24,000 nt of DNA from Desulfitibacter sp. BRH_c19. Lineage in GTDB: Bacteria > Bacillota > DSM-16504 > Desulfitibacterales > Desulfitibacteraceae. A model generated the notes under the pieces. That model had not been told where the DNA came from. It was given only the letters and a program-made list of their open reading frames with translations, and made no database searches. Positions 1-6,959 of this stretch are shown here, one piece after another. The stretch is taken from contig LOER01000028.1 in assembly GCA_001515945.1 (NCBI GenBank), forward strand, positions 1-24,000, read 5' to 3'. The position numbers and the translations under genes are program-made. Positions within the stretch are counted from its first letter, which is position 1; each line of letters opens with the position of its first letter.

Positions 1-348
1 CTCATTTGAAAAAACACCTGAGTTATTGAAATCATTCCATGCTGACTGAATTACTTCGCCAAAGGTTTCATTTCTCTCCGTGATACTGATTGAATGTTTT
101 ATTTGAGCTAACAGTTTAGCTTCCTTTTCTGATTGAGTATCTTTAACAAAAACAATGAAATCGTCGGTATTAAACCCAGCATATCGGCCTTGAAGTTTAA
201 TTTTTTTAATTTGCCACGGTGGCAAGCAGGGAGATATCCGTCCTGTTATCATAAGGACGACAAATGCGGCTTGAACACGAGTTTCAAAAGTCAGCCCACC
301 TCCTCCTGTAGAAAATGGATTGCTTTGTTGTTTTGCTTGCTTAGTCAT
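1..348 (-). CDS. Hypothetical protein, N-terminal 116 aa only (gene runs off the left edge); possible PD-(D/E)xK / Cap4-DUF4297-like nuclease N-domain
   Basis: Minus-strand frame is open from position 1 to the ATG at 348-346, with GGAGG 7 nt upstream. It is absent from the ORF track because the window edge truncates it. Translation: MTKQAKQQSNPFSTGGGGLTFETRVQAAFVVLMITG...FNTDDFIVFVKD...LLAQIKHS. An in-frame alternative ATG at 402 lacks a good SD. The track ORF 133..372 (+) is its antisense shadow. Confidence 0.55.
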   Translation of the reverse strand, partial: MTKQAKQQSNPFSTGGGGLTFETRVQAAFVVLMITGRISPCLPPWQIKKIKLQGRYAGFNTDDFIVFVKDTQSEKEAKLLAQIKHSISITERNETFGEVIQSAWNDFNNSGVFSNE

Positions 349-799
349 TTCAGTACCTCCAAAAGTAAATAGGATGGTTACTTGTTGCTTTTCCCAAAAC
401 ATTTTCAAATAAGTTTTCAATTTCTCCTAATAGACATACAATTCAGTTTATCAACCTTCCAGTTTTAGCCTTCTGCGAAGTTCAGTATAATGCTCCTCTA
501 TATGGATAATGGGAAACACCGAGTCCGTAAGCAGTTTACATGTTATAAACATAATTTAGCTTTATATTTTCATAAAAACTTTAGGTGTCCGTTTGCATAA
601 TCTAGTAGCTTTTTCAAAGTATTCCAAAACTATATATTTGGACGATTTCTCCAAAAAATTTACATTTCCTGCCTCATTGCGAAAAAGCCTTGTGTCGAAC
701 ACTACATATAAAAAAGGAGTACAAATATGAACTACTCCCTAAATAACCTTGAAATTATCTGTGAATCATCATATAACGCCACAAAAGAGATCAATTACT

Positions 800-834
800 A
801 AAAAAACAGAGGGCCTGTCCCCTCAGACCCTCTG
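800..834 (-). terminator. Rho-independent terminator downstream of the 899..2170 gene
   Basis: On the minus strand: CAGAGGG(828-834 rc)-14 nt loop-CCCTCTG followed by TTTTTTT (plus-strand A-run 800-806). It lies 65 nt after the stop at 899. Confidence 0.75.
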
Positions 835-898
835 TGATTATTCAGTTGCCCTAACCACTATCTAAAAAAGCATCGAAGTTCCGGGCTATAAGAACCTA

Positions 899-2170
899 CT
901 AAGGTAATTGTACCGCATAGACTTTAACTTGTAATTCCGCTCCAGGAATTGTAGTTATATCAAATGTGCTAGTTACTGGGTCTTCGGAATTAAAGGTAAA
1001 ACCACCACTCGGACCCCAGAACCAGAATCCTCCATCCTCATCGTAGCCAAGATTCTGATTATCAGTCCCAACGGCTGTAAAACCACTACCATTAACATCA
1101 TTTATTTCAACTATAAAGAGTACATTATCAATTACATAATCACTTGTAGCTGTAACTGAAACAGAAAACTCTTCATCTACAGCTACTGTTTGACCATCAG
1201 AATAATCCCATGATAGAGTAATAAGCTCGTCTGGGACTATGGATGCAGAATCTCCTGTAAGGTTATTATTCTCAGCCACGACAACCTCTCCATTAACAAA
1301 GGTTACAGTAATAACGGCTTTAGCTGGAACTACTAAATGTGATACAGCCCTATTCCAAGCACCTAAATCCCAATATTCTTCTGTATAATTGCCGTCAGCA
1401 AAGTCTCCAAATACATTAAATGGAGAAGTATGGTCTACATCAGACAGTTCAGTTAAAAATTTTGAATTTGCAGTATTAGTGATTAGAACTGTTCCATCTG
1501 AACTTACTAACTTGACCTCTATTGCATCTACATCAATTGGTTTTGCTTCTACTAAACTAAAGTCTACTGCATAACCATAGTAATTCTGATCATCATTGCT
1601 TGCTACTGCAAATGGACCTGGGGTTACATCTACATTTGGCATTATGCTATTTAAATCGCCAGTTAAATTTGAATTCATAGCAGTTGCTACAGTTCCATCC
1701 ATATAAGTAACAGTAATCACTGCTTTGGTAGGTACAACTAGCTTTGACCCAGCCCACTCACCAGTCGTCCAATACCCTTCTACATAACCGTCATACTCTG
1801 CAAATATATTAAAAGGTGATGTGTATTGTACTTGGCTTCCTAAACTACTAATTAGTCCAGTAGATGTATTAGTTACTAATAGTTTATCACCACTATATAG
1901 TTCTACTGTTATTTCATTTAAATCAGCAGATGTTGCATTTACTAGCTTAAGCCCTACTGAATATCCTTTTAAATTAATATCACTTCTATTAACTACAGTA
2001 AACTCTTCTGCTACCACGCCTTTTTCTAAGCCTTCTACTTGAAAAGTTGCATTCAATTCATTAGAAATCGCTGTACTGCCAACAGAAGCTTCCGCCATTG
2101 CCATTCCAGACATCATCAAAACTAGTGCAACCGCAATTACCATTACTAACGAAATTCTTCTAATTTTCAC
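899..2170 (-). CDS. Secreted cell-surface protein with a tandemly duplicated ~118-aa domain plus a distinct C-terminal domain; function unknown
   Basis: The ORF track gives 899..2185 from a TTG. I prefer the GTG at 2170, because GGGGGA lies 7 nt upstream and the product begins MKIRRISLVMVIAVALVLMMSGMAMA/EA, a classical signal peptide. Two internal repeats share motifs TSPFN.F, YW..G.W, LVVP.KAVITVT, NLTGD. I recognise no family. Confidence 0.8.
   Translation of the reverse strand: MKIRRISLVMVIAVALVLMMSGMAMAEASVGSTAISNELNATFQVEGLEKGVVAEEFTVVNRSDINLKGYSVGLKLVNATSADLNEITVELYSGDKLLVTNTSTGLISSLGSQVQYTSPFNIFAEYDGYVEGYWTTGEWAGSKLVVPTKAVITVTYMDGTVATAMNSNLTGDLNSIMPNVDVTPGPFAVASNDDQNYYGYAVDFSLVEAKPIDVDAIEVKLVSSDGTVLITNTANSKFLTELSDVDHTSPFNVFGDFADGNYTEEYWDLGAWNRAVSHLVVPAKAVITVTFVNGEVVVAENNNLTGDSASIVPDELITLSWDYSDGQTVAVDEEFSVSVTATSDYVIDNVLFIVEINDVNGSGFTAVGTDNQNLGYDEDGGFWFWGPSGGFTFNSEDPVTSTFDITTIPGAELQVKVYAVQLP
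1232..1975 (-). repeat. Intragenic tandem duplication (two ~118-aa domain copies: 1628..1975 and 1232..1585)
   Basis: Hand alignment of aa 71-186 against aa 201-318 of the 428-aa track ORF: GY.V..LV...I.V.L.S.D..L.TNT......TSPFN.F....YW..G.W....LVVP.KAVITVT.....NLTGD...I.P. By eye about 35-40% identity. Confidence 0.7.
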
Positions 2171-2207
2171 TATTAAATCCCCCAATTAATTAATTTTAGT
2201 TTCCCCT

Positions 2208-2296
2208 TAACTAATCGGCGGCCAGGCTACCATTCTTTTAAAGAAAGGCCCTATAGCTTTGCGTCCCTATCTTTCGGTAGGTTTGCCTTTTTCATA
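2208..2296 (-). promoter_or_regulatory. c-di-GMP-I (GEMM-I) riboswitch-like aptamer in the 5' leader of the 899..2170 gene
   Basis: Minus-strand read: AAAAAGGCAAACCTACCGAAAGATAGGGACGCAAAGCTATAGGGCCTTTCTTTAAAAGAATGGTAGCCTGGCCGCCGATTAG. It contains the conserved GGCAAACC, a GAAA-capped P1 hairpin, GGGACGCAAAGC, a second hairpin (CCTTTCTT/AAGAATGG) and a closing GGCCGCCGA. Confidence 0.8.
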
Positions 2297-2420
2297 TGTA
2301 CGTGTATCTTTCTTACCTTTAACCTCTCTTCACCCCGATGGCCCACCCCCTCTAAAGTCAACATTGGTTCTTCTTAGATAACCGACAACTCATCTACTAT
2401 CTTCTAAAAAAGTACAAGGT

Positions 2421-4334
2421 TTAATTTTGTTCTTGCACCTCAAAAGTAGCCTCAAGTGTATTAGAGATTGTTGTCCATGAAGGTAAGGCACTAACTATAA
2501 AATAACCAGCACTAATAAAATCTGTATTTTTGTATCTTGCACTAATAACTACACTTTGCTCTTCAGACGTTTTAGCAACTAACGGTATTGTTAGAGTGGC
2601 CTGTATTTGTTTTTGGTTCCACAAAACATCTGTAACACTAACATCTACTGCTTGTCCACCATTAATGGACTTGGTAATTGTAAAGTCATCAACTGTTGGT
2701 GGAGGAGCAGGTGGTTTATTAAAAGTTACTGTTACTGTGCCGTTAGTAGCGTTAATAGCACTTAATGCAACACCTGGAGGCGTAGGTTCTTTCACCAATA
2801 CAGTAAATGTTCTTATCCTATCGTTATAGCCGCTTTTGCTCCCTGTTACCGTGATTCTTACAGCACCTAGTTTCTTTGTTGTAAGAACGAGTTTTTTACC
2901 TACTACTTCTACAGTTAGCACTTCTGTATTATCAGAAGTTGCAGTAATCCTAGTAGCATCAGTAGATACACTTATATCAATGACTTGTCCAATGAACATT
3001 TCTTGATGATTTATTCTGTCCAAAGATATTGTAGATGGTGGCTGACTAGGCCCTCCGCCTCCGCCCCCTTTATCAGGTTTTACGGTTGGTTCAACTGGAT
3101 CTACAATTATGTCTACTGCTACGCCATCAGCCAAAAAGAGATTTTCTGGTTTCTTTTCAAAAGAGCAACCGTTAACATTAACAAATGCGTTTTCAATTTT
3201 GCCATGTCCAGTTACTGTTGTAGGTGCATTAATTACCATCTTTTCTACTGTTGCATTTATTAAGGATACGTTAGCCCCTTCTCCTTCAATAATTACTGTT
3301 CCAAATTTCCCTATTAGTTCAACTTCTTCATCTGTATTTATAAAAATGGTAACAACACCATTAGCTTCATCGGTAATTGCTGATGTATCTATTGTTGATC
3401 CTGATTTTACTCGTACTATCTGTATATTTGTGTTACCCTGGGCGACTATTCTTACCTTGTCATCTTCTCTTTTAACAATAACTTCATTTAACGAACAATG
3501 GTCTAAAGTAATACTGTTTTCTCCACCACCACTAATAACTGTAGTGCCTTTTACTGTGACATTATTTAAAATTACATTACCGTCACCTATTCCTGCTGTT
3601 AAATACAGATTGCCCTCAATCGTAATATTTTCTAGTAGGATATCTGTTGTATTAATTGTCACATTGCCTGGTATTATAAGCTTGTCCTCTGCTAAACCAT
3701 AACTACCAGAGGAGTTATATAGTTCACCAACTACTCTTGCTAAGATAGTTACAGTTTCTGCTCTTGTTGTTGAATTACCTGGGCGGTAGTTACCATCTGG
3801 ATATCCTCCTATATAGCCCTTTACAACAACAGAGTTTACTGCTTCTTTACTCCAAGCAGGTATACTGCTAAAGTCACTAAATTTTTCTATAGCACTCTTA
3901 TTATTGACTTGCGACATTTTCAAAAGACGCGAAAGGATTACGGCAACTTCTTGCCTGCTTACATCATTATTTGGCCTTAAAGTTACATCACTATATCCTG
4001 TGATATACCCTGCTGCTACTGCTTTAGAAGCATCATCATAAAACCAGTTATTTTCATCTATATCTGAAAAAATTATATCTGCTTTTTTAGTAAATCCATA
4101 AGCTCTGTTTATAAGGGCCATGAATTCTGCCCTGGTAATGGAATCATTGGGTTTAAATGATTCATCTGAATATCCTGTGATTAGACCCTTGTCCATCCAT
4201 TGGCTAATCTCCTTCTCTGCCCAATGGTCTTGGATATCTAAAGGTTTTCCAGCCAGACCAGTAGAGCAAAAAAATACTAGCATTAATAGGTACACTATAA
4301 TTATTCTACCCGGCAGTTTTGTTCTATTAGTCAT
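2421..4334 (-). CDS. S-layer homology (SLH) domain cell-wall-anchored protein: signal peptide, 3 SLH repeats, beta-helix-like middle region, Gly/Pro linker, Ig-like (Big_2-like) domains
   Basis: AAGGAGG lies 6 nt before the ATG. The N-terminal hydrophobic signal is MTNRTKLPGRIIIVYLLMLVFFCSTGLAG. Three SLH repeats are visible (HWAEKEISQWMDKGLITGYSDESFKPNDSITRAEF; NWFYDDASKAVAAGYITGYSDVTLRPNNDVSRQEV; IPAWSKEAVNSVVVKGYIGGYPDGNYRPGNSTTRAET). The middle region has a repetitive N.T/V.G pattern. The linker is GGGGGGPSQPPS and an Ig-like segment reads TSDNTEVLTVEVVGKKLVLTTKKLGAVRITVTG. Confidence 0.9.
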   Translation of the reverse strand: MTNRTKLPGRIIIVYLLMLVFFCSTGLAGKPLDIQDHWAEKEISQWMDKGLITGYSDESFKPNDSITRAEFMALINRAYGFTKKADIIFSDIDENNWFYDDASKAVAAGYITGYSDVTLRPNNDVSRQEVAVILSRLLKMSQVNNKSAIEKFSDFSSIPAWSKEAVNSVVVKGYIGGYPDGNYRPGNSTTRAETVTILARVVGELYNSSGSYGLAEDKLIIPGNVTINTTDILLENITIEGNLYLTAGIGDGNVILNNVTVKGTTVISGGGENSITLDHCSLNEVIVKREDDKVRIVAQGNTNIQIVRVKSGSTIDTSAITDEANGVVTIFINTDEEVELIGKFGTVIIEGEGANVSLINATVEKMVINAPTTVTGHGKIENAFVNVNGCSFEKKPENLFLADGVAVDIIVDPVEPTVKPDKGGGGGGPSQPPSTISLDRINHQEMFIGQVIDISVSTDATRITATSDNTEVLTVEVVGKKLVLTTKKLGAVRITVTGSKSGYNDRIRTFTVLVKEPTPPGVALSAINATNGTVTVTFNKPPAPPPTVDDFTITKSINGGQAVDVSVTDVLWNQKQIQATLTIPLVAKTSEEQSVVISARYKNTDFISAGYFIVSALPSWTTISNTLEATFEVQEQN

Positions 4335-4423
4335 TTCATACCTCCTTTACATGTGAATTTTAAAAACTTCCTCATTTTAAGCATTCTTAACTCCGAAAGC
4401 TCTGCCTTATCACGACCTTTCTT

Positions 4424-4475
4424 AAAAAATGAAAAAACCAGCCCAAAGAAAACTTATGTTTCCAATGAACTGGTT
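4424..4475 (-). terminator. Long imperfect hairpin plus T-run; terminator of the DUF2294-like gene or leader attenuator of the SLH gene
   Basis: Minus strand: AACCAGTTCA(TT)GGAAAC-ATAA-GTTTTC(TT)TGGGCTGGTT followed by TTTTCATTTTTT. It lies about 100 nt after the stop at 4578 and about 100 nt before the SLH ATG. Confidence 0.6.
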
Positions 4476-4577
4476 AAGACTGGCATTGGGATAATAATAA
4501 ATCCACCTGCTAGTCTTTAGCAGTCTATACAGCAGGACCACCCATTTTAGGAGCTATCCCGTTATATTTAAATATAA

Positions 4578-4952
4578 CTAATACCTGTTATCAATATTAG
4601 CATCAACCTTGTCCTTAAATATTATAAATAGATAGACTTCTGCCGTTTCAGGTATTACAACGGATGTTATCTTTTGAACATCAGTATTAATCCATCTTTT
4701 CAATATAGCAACTAAGTTGTGGCTATTAGCATTTAAAAGGTCATTTCTAATCTCGTTAATCTTTTTATAACCCTCAGGCACTTGCAACATGGAAATTTCC
4801 ACAGAAGATAGAGAATTTTGAAATATAACCGTTAAGACATTATCGGATATATGGATGGAAGTGTGTCCAGGTCCCTTACCAATTACTGTTTTATGTAGTC
4901 TTGTAACATCCCTTTTAATTTCTGCTTCTATTTGCTGCAATGAATTAGCCAT
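4578..4952 (-). CDS. DUF2294-like small cytoplasmic protein
   Basis: Track ORF 4578..4967 starts at a TTG. I prefer the ATG at 4952, with GGGGG 8 nt upstream, giving MANSLQQIEAEIKRDVTRLHKTVIGKGPGHTSIHISDNVLTVIFQN.... The pattern I..ei.r.....GkGP......i.dn.l.v resembles the DUF2294 family as I recall it. Confidence 0.6.
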   Translation of the reverse strand: MANSLQQIEAEIKRDVTRLHKTVIGKGPGHTSIHISDNVLTVIFQNSLSSVEISMLQVPEGYKKINEIRNDLLNANSHNLVAILKRWINTDVQKITSVVIPETAEVYLFIIFKDKVDANIDNRY

Positions 4953-5242
4953 TGCATAAACCCCCAACCCATATAGTATTGGACTTTAGTCCTATTACAC
5001 CTAGTAAAAGCGTCCTATAATATACTACGACCTTTTGTTGTAATATCCTTTACACGCACCTTAATGTTACAAAGATATGTTAATTTCGACAAAAAATATA
5101 AATTAGCTTAGTCTATATTTAACATAATTATAATACCTCAGTTTTTAAGAATAAACTTACCATTTATTTAAAAGAATATAGAGTGAAACTTAGTTTTCTT
5201 TGAACCCAAATCATTAAATAGATACTACCCTTATGACAGGAG

Positions 5243-6901
5243 GTGAAAATCGGTAATGATTTTACCGATAATATTATGCCACAACATAAACAATTACCAA
5301 AAGTAGCATATTTTTGTATGGAGTTTGGTTTGAATAAAGAATTACCTATATATGCAGGTGGCTTGGGAATCCTTGCGGGAGATCATTTGAAATCTGCTAA
5401 GGATGTTGGAGTTCCCCTTGTAGGTGTAGGTATTCTCTGGAAGAAGGATTACACAACACAATTAATTGGTGATGATGGAAGACCCTACGATCTTTATCCG
5501 AATCATGAGTTTCCTACAGTAAAGGATACAGGTAAATCTGTACAGGTCAGAGTTCGTGGTATGGATGTTACTTGTAAAATAATGATGGTTGATGTGTACG
5601 GAAATGTCCCATTATATCTCCTTGATACAAACTTTGAAGGTAATGAAGAACATAGCTGGATAACAAGCAAACTCTATGGTGGCGTGGATCAGGATAGGGT
5701 TGCTCAGGAAATAGTTCTTGGAATAGGGGGCCTAAGAGCACTTAGAGCCCTTGGCATAGAGATAGATATATATCATTTTAATGAAGGGCATGCTGTATTT
5801 GCAGGTCTAGAATTAATAAGAGAAAAGATGAATGATGGAATGTCTTTTCACGATGCATGGAATAAGAGTCGCGAGGAGATTGTTTTTACAACCCATACCC
5901 CTGTTGAAGCAGGCAATGAGGTCCATGCTCATGACTTGCTGCAGCATATGGAGGCATATAATGGACTTACATACGAGCAGATGAGTGAACTTGGCGGTAA
6001 TCCTTTTAATATGACTGTTGCAGCACTTCGACTTTCATCAATAGCAAATGGTGTATCAAAGCTCCATGGACGCACAGCTCGGAAAATGTGGAAACATGTG
6101 GATAGTTCTGCCGAGATTATCTCGATTACAAATGGAGTTCATCCACCCACCTGGCAAAGTTCAGAAATTCGTAATGCCTGGGAAAAAGGCGAAGACCTTT
6201 GGAAACCTCATATGATTTTAAAGAAGAAATTGTTAGATTATGTTAAAGAGACTACTGGTGCAAATATGGAGCTAGATAGACTTACTATAAGCTTTGCTAG
6301 AAGGGCTGCGCCCTATAAAAGAAGTGAACTAATTTTCCGGGACACTAATGCTCTTGATGGCCTATTAGAGGCAGGAAAAATACAACTAATTTTTTCCGGC
6401 AAGGCACATCCAAATGACACTCTTGGAAAAGATATTATCCAACGTCTTGTACAAATGGATAAAAAGTACGAGGACAGGATAGTCTTTTTAGAAAACTATA
6501 ATATGGGCATTGCAGAATTAATGGTCCAAGGTAGTGATGTGTGGCTTAACAATCCTGTCAGACCCTTAGAAGCAAGCGGTACTTCTGGAATGAAAGCTGC
6601 AATGAATGGAGTTCTGAATGTTAGTGTAATAGACGGTTGGGTAGCAGAGGGTCCCCATCATGCAGTAAATGGATGGCTCCTTGATGATGTATTACATGAT
6701 GAAATAGACTACAGTAATCAAGATGAACATGATCTACGGGCTTTGTACTCTGTAATATATGATGAGATTATCCCAGTATTTTATAACAGTAAAAACCGTT
6801 GGAGTAAGATGATGAAATCAAGTATTGAGATGTCCCACTATAATTTTTCATCAGACAGAATGGTTAAACAGTACTATGATTTAATTTATGCCAAAGAATG
6901 A
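5243..6901 (+). CDS. Alpha-glucan (glycogen/maltodextrin) phosphorylase, short GT35-type
   Basis: Motifs: VAYFCMEFGL..ELPIYAGGLGILAGDHLKSAKD, TTHTPV.AGNE and the PLP-lysine region EASGTSGMKAAMNGVLNVSVIDGW. The start is uncertain. The GTG at 5243 overlaps its own AGGAGG (5238-5243), and the in-frame ATG at 5276 has no SD. Confidence 0.85.
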   Translation: MKIGNDFTDNIMPQHKQLPKVAYFCMEFGLNKELPIYAGGLGILAGDHLKSAKDVGVPLVGVGILWKKDYTTQLIGDDGRPYDLYPNHEFPTVKDTGKSVQVRVRGMDVTCKIMMVDVYGNVPLYLLDTNFEGNEEHSWITSKLYGGVDQDRVAQEIVLGIGGLRALRALGIEIDIYHFNEGHAVFAGLELIREKMNDGMSFHDAWNKSREEIVFTTHTPVEAGNEVHAHDLLQHMEAYNGLTYEQMSELGGNPFNMTVAALRLSSIANGVSKLHGRTARKMWKHVDSSAEIISITNGVHPPTWQSSEIRNAWEKGEDLWKPHMILKKKLLDYVKETTGANMELDRLTISFARRAAPYKRSELIFRDTNALDGLLEAGKIQLIFSGKAHPNDTLGKDIIQRLVQMDKKYEDRIVFLENYNMGIAELMVQGSDVWLNNPVRPLEASGTSGMKAAMNGVLNVSVIDGWVAEGPHHAVNGWLLDDVLHDEIDYSNQDEHDLRALYSVIYDEIIPVFYNSKNRWSKMMKSSIEMSHYNFSSDRMVKQYYDLIYAKE

Positions 6902-6959
6902 ACGTACATTTTCTGGGCAAAATCCCTCTTAAAAACTTTAGAATGGAGTGGTACTAATC

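Noticed and set aside
133-372. Track ORF of 79 aa on the plus strand
   Set aside because: It lies antisense to a better-supported minus-strand ORF (1..348) that has GGAGG-ATG. It has no SD of its own and its composition looks like a shadow frame.
2331-2352. G-rich tract on the minus strand (GAGGGGGTGGGCCATCGGGGTG) as a possible G-quadruplex upstream of the riboswitch
   Set aside because: Only three runs of three or more G are present. A fourth run would need a GG, so it does not meet the usual four-tract criterion.
3109-3702. 197-aa plus-strand ORF inside the SLH gene. The same applies to 1389..1574, 1821..2042, 2530..2829, 2985..3263 and 4120..4356.
   Set aside because: All are antisense to long, motif-bearing minus-strand genes. 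Their translations are low-complexity (S/T/P/I/V-rich), with no SD and no recognisable motifs. These are typical shadow ORFs of repetitive beta-strand coding sequence.
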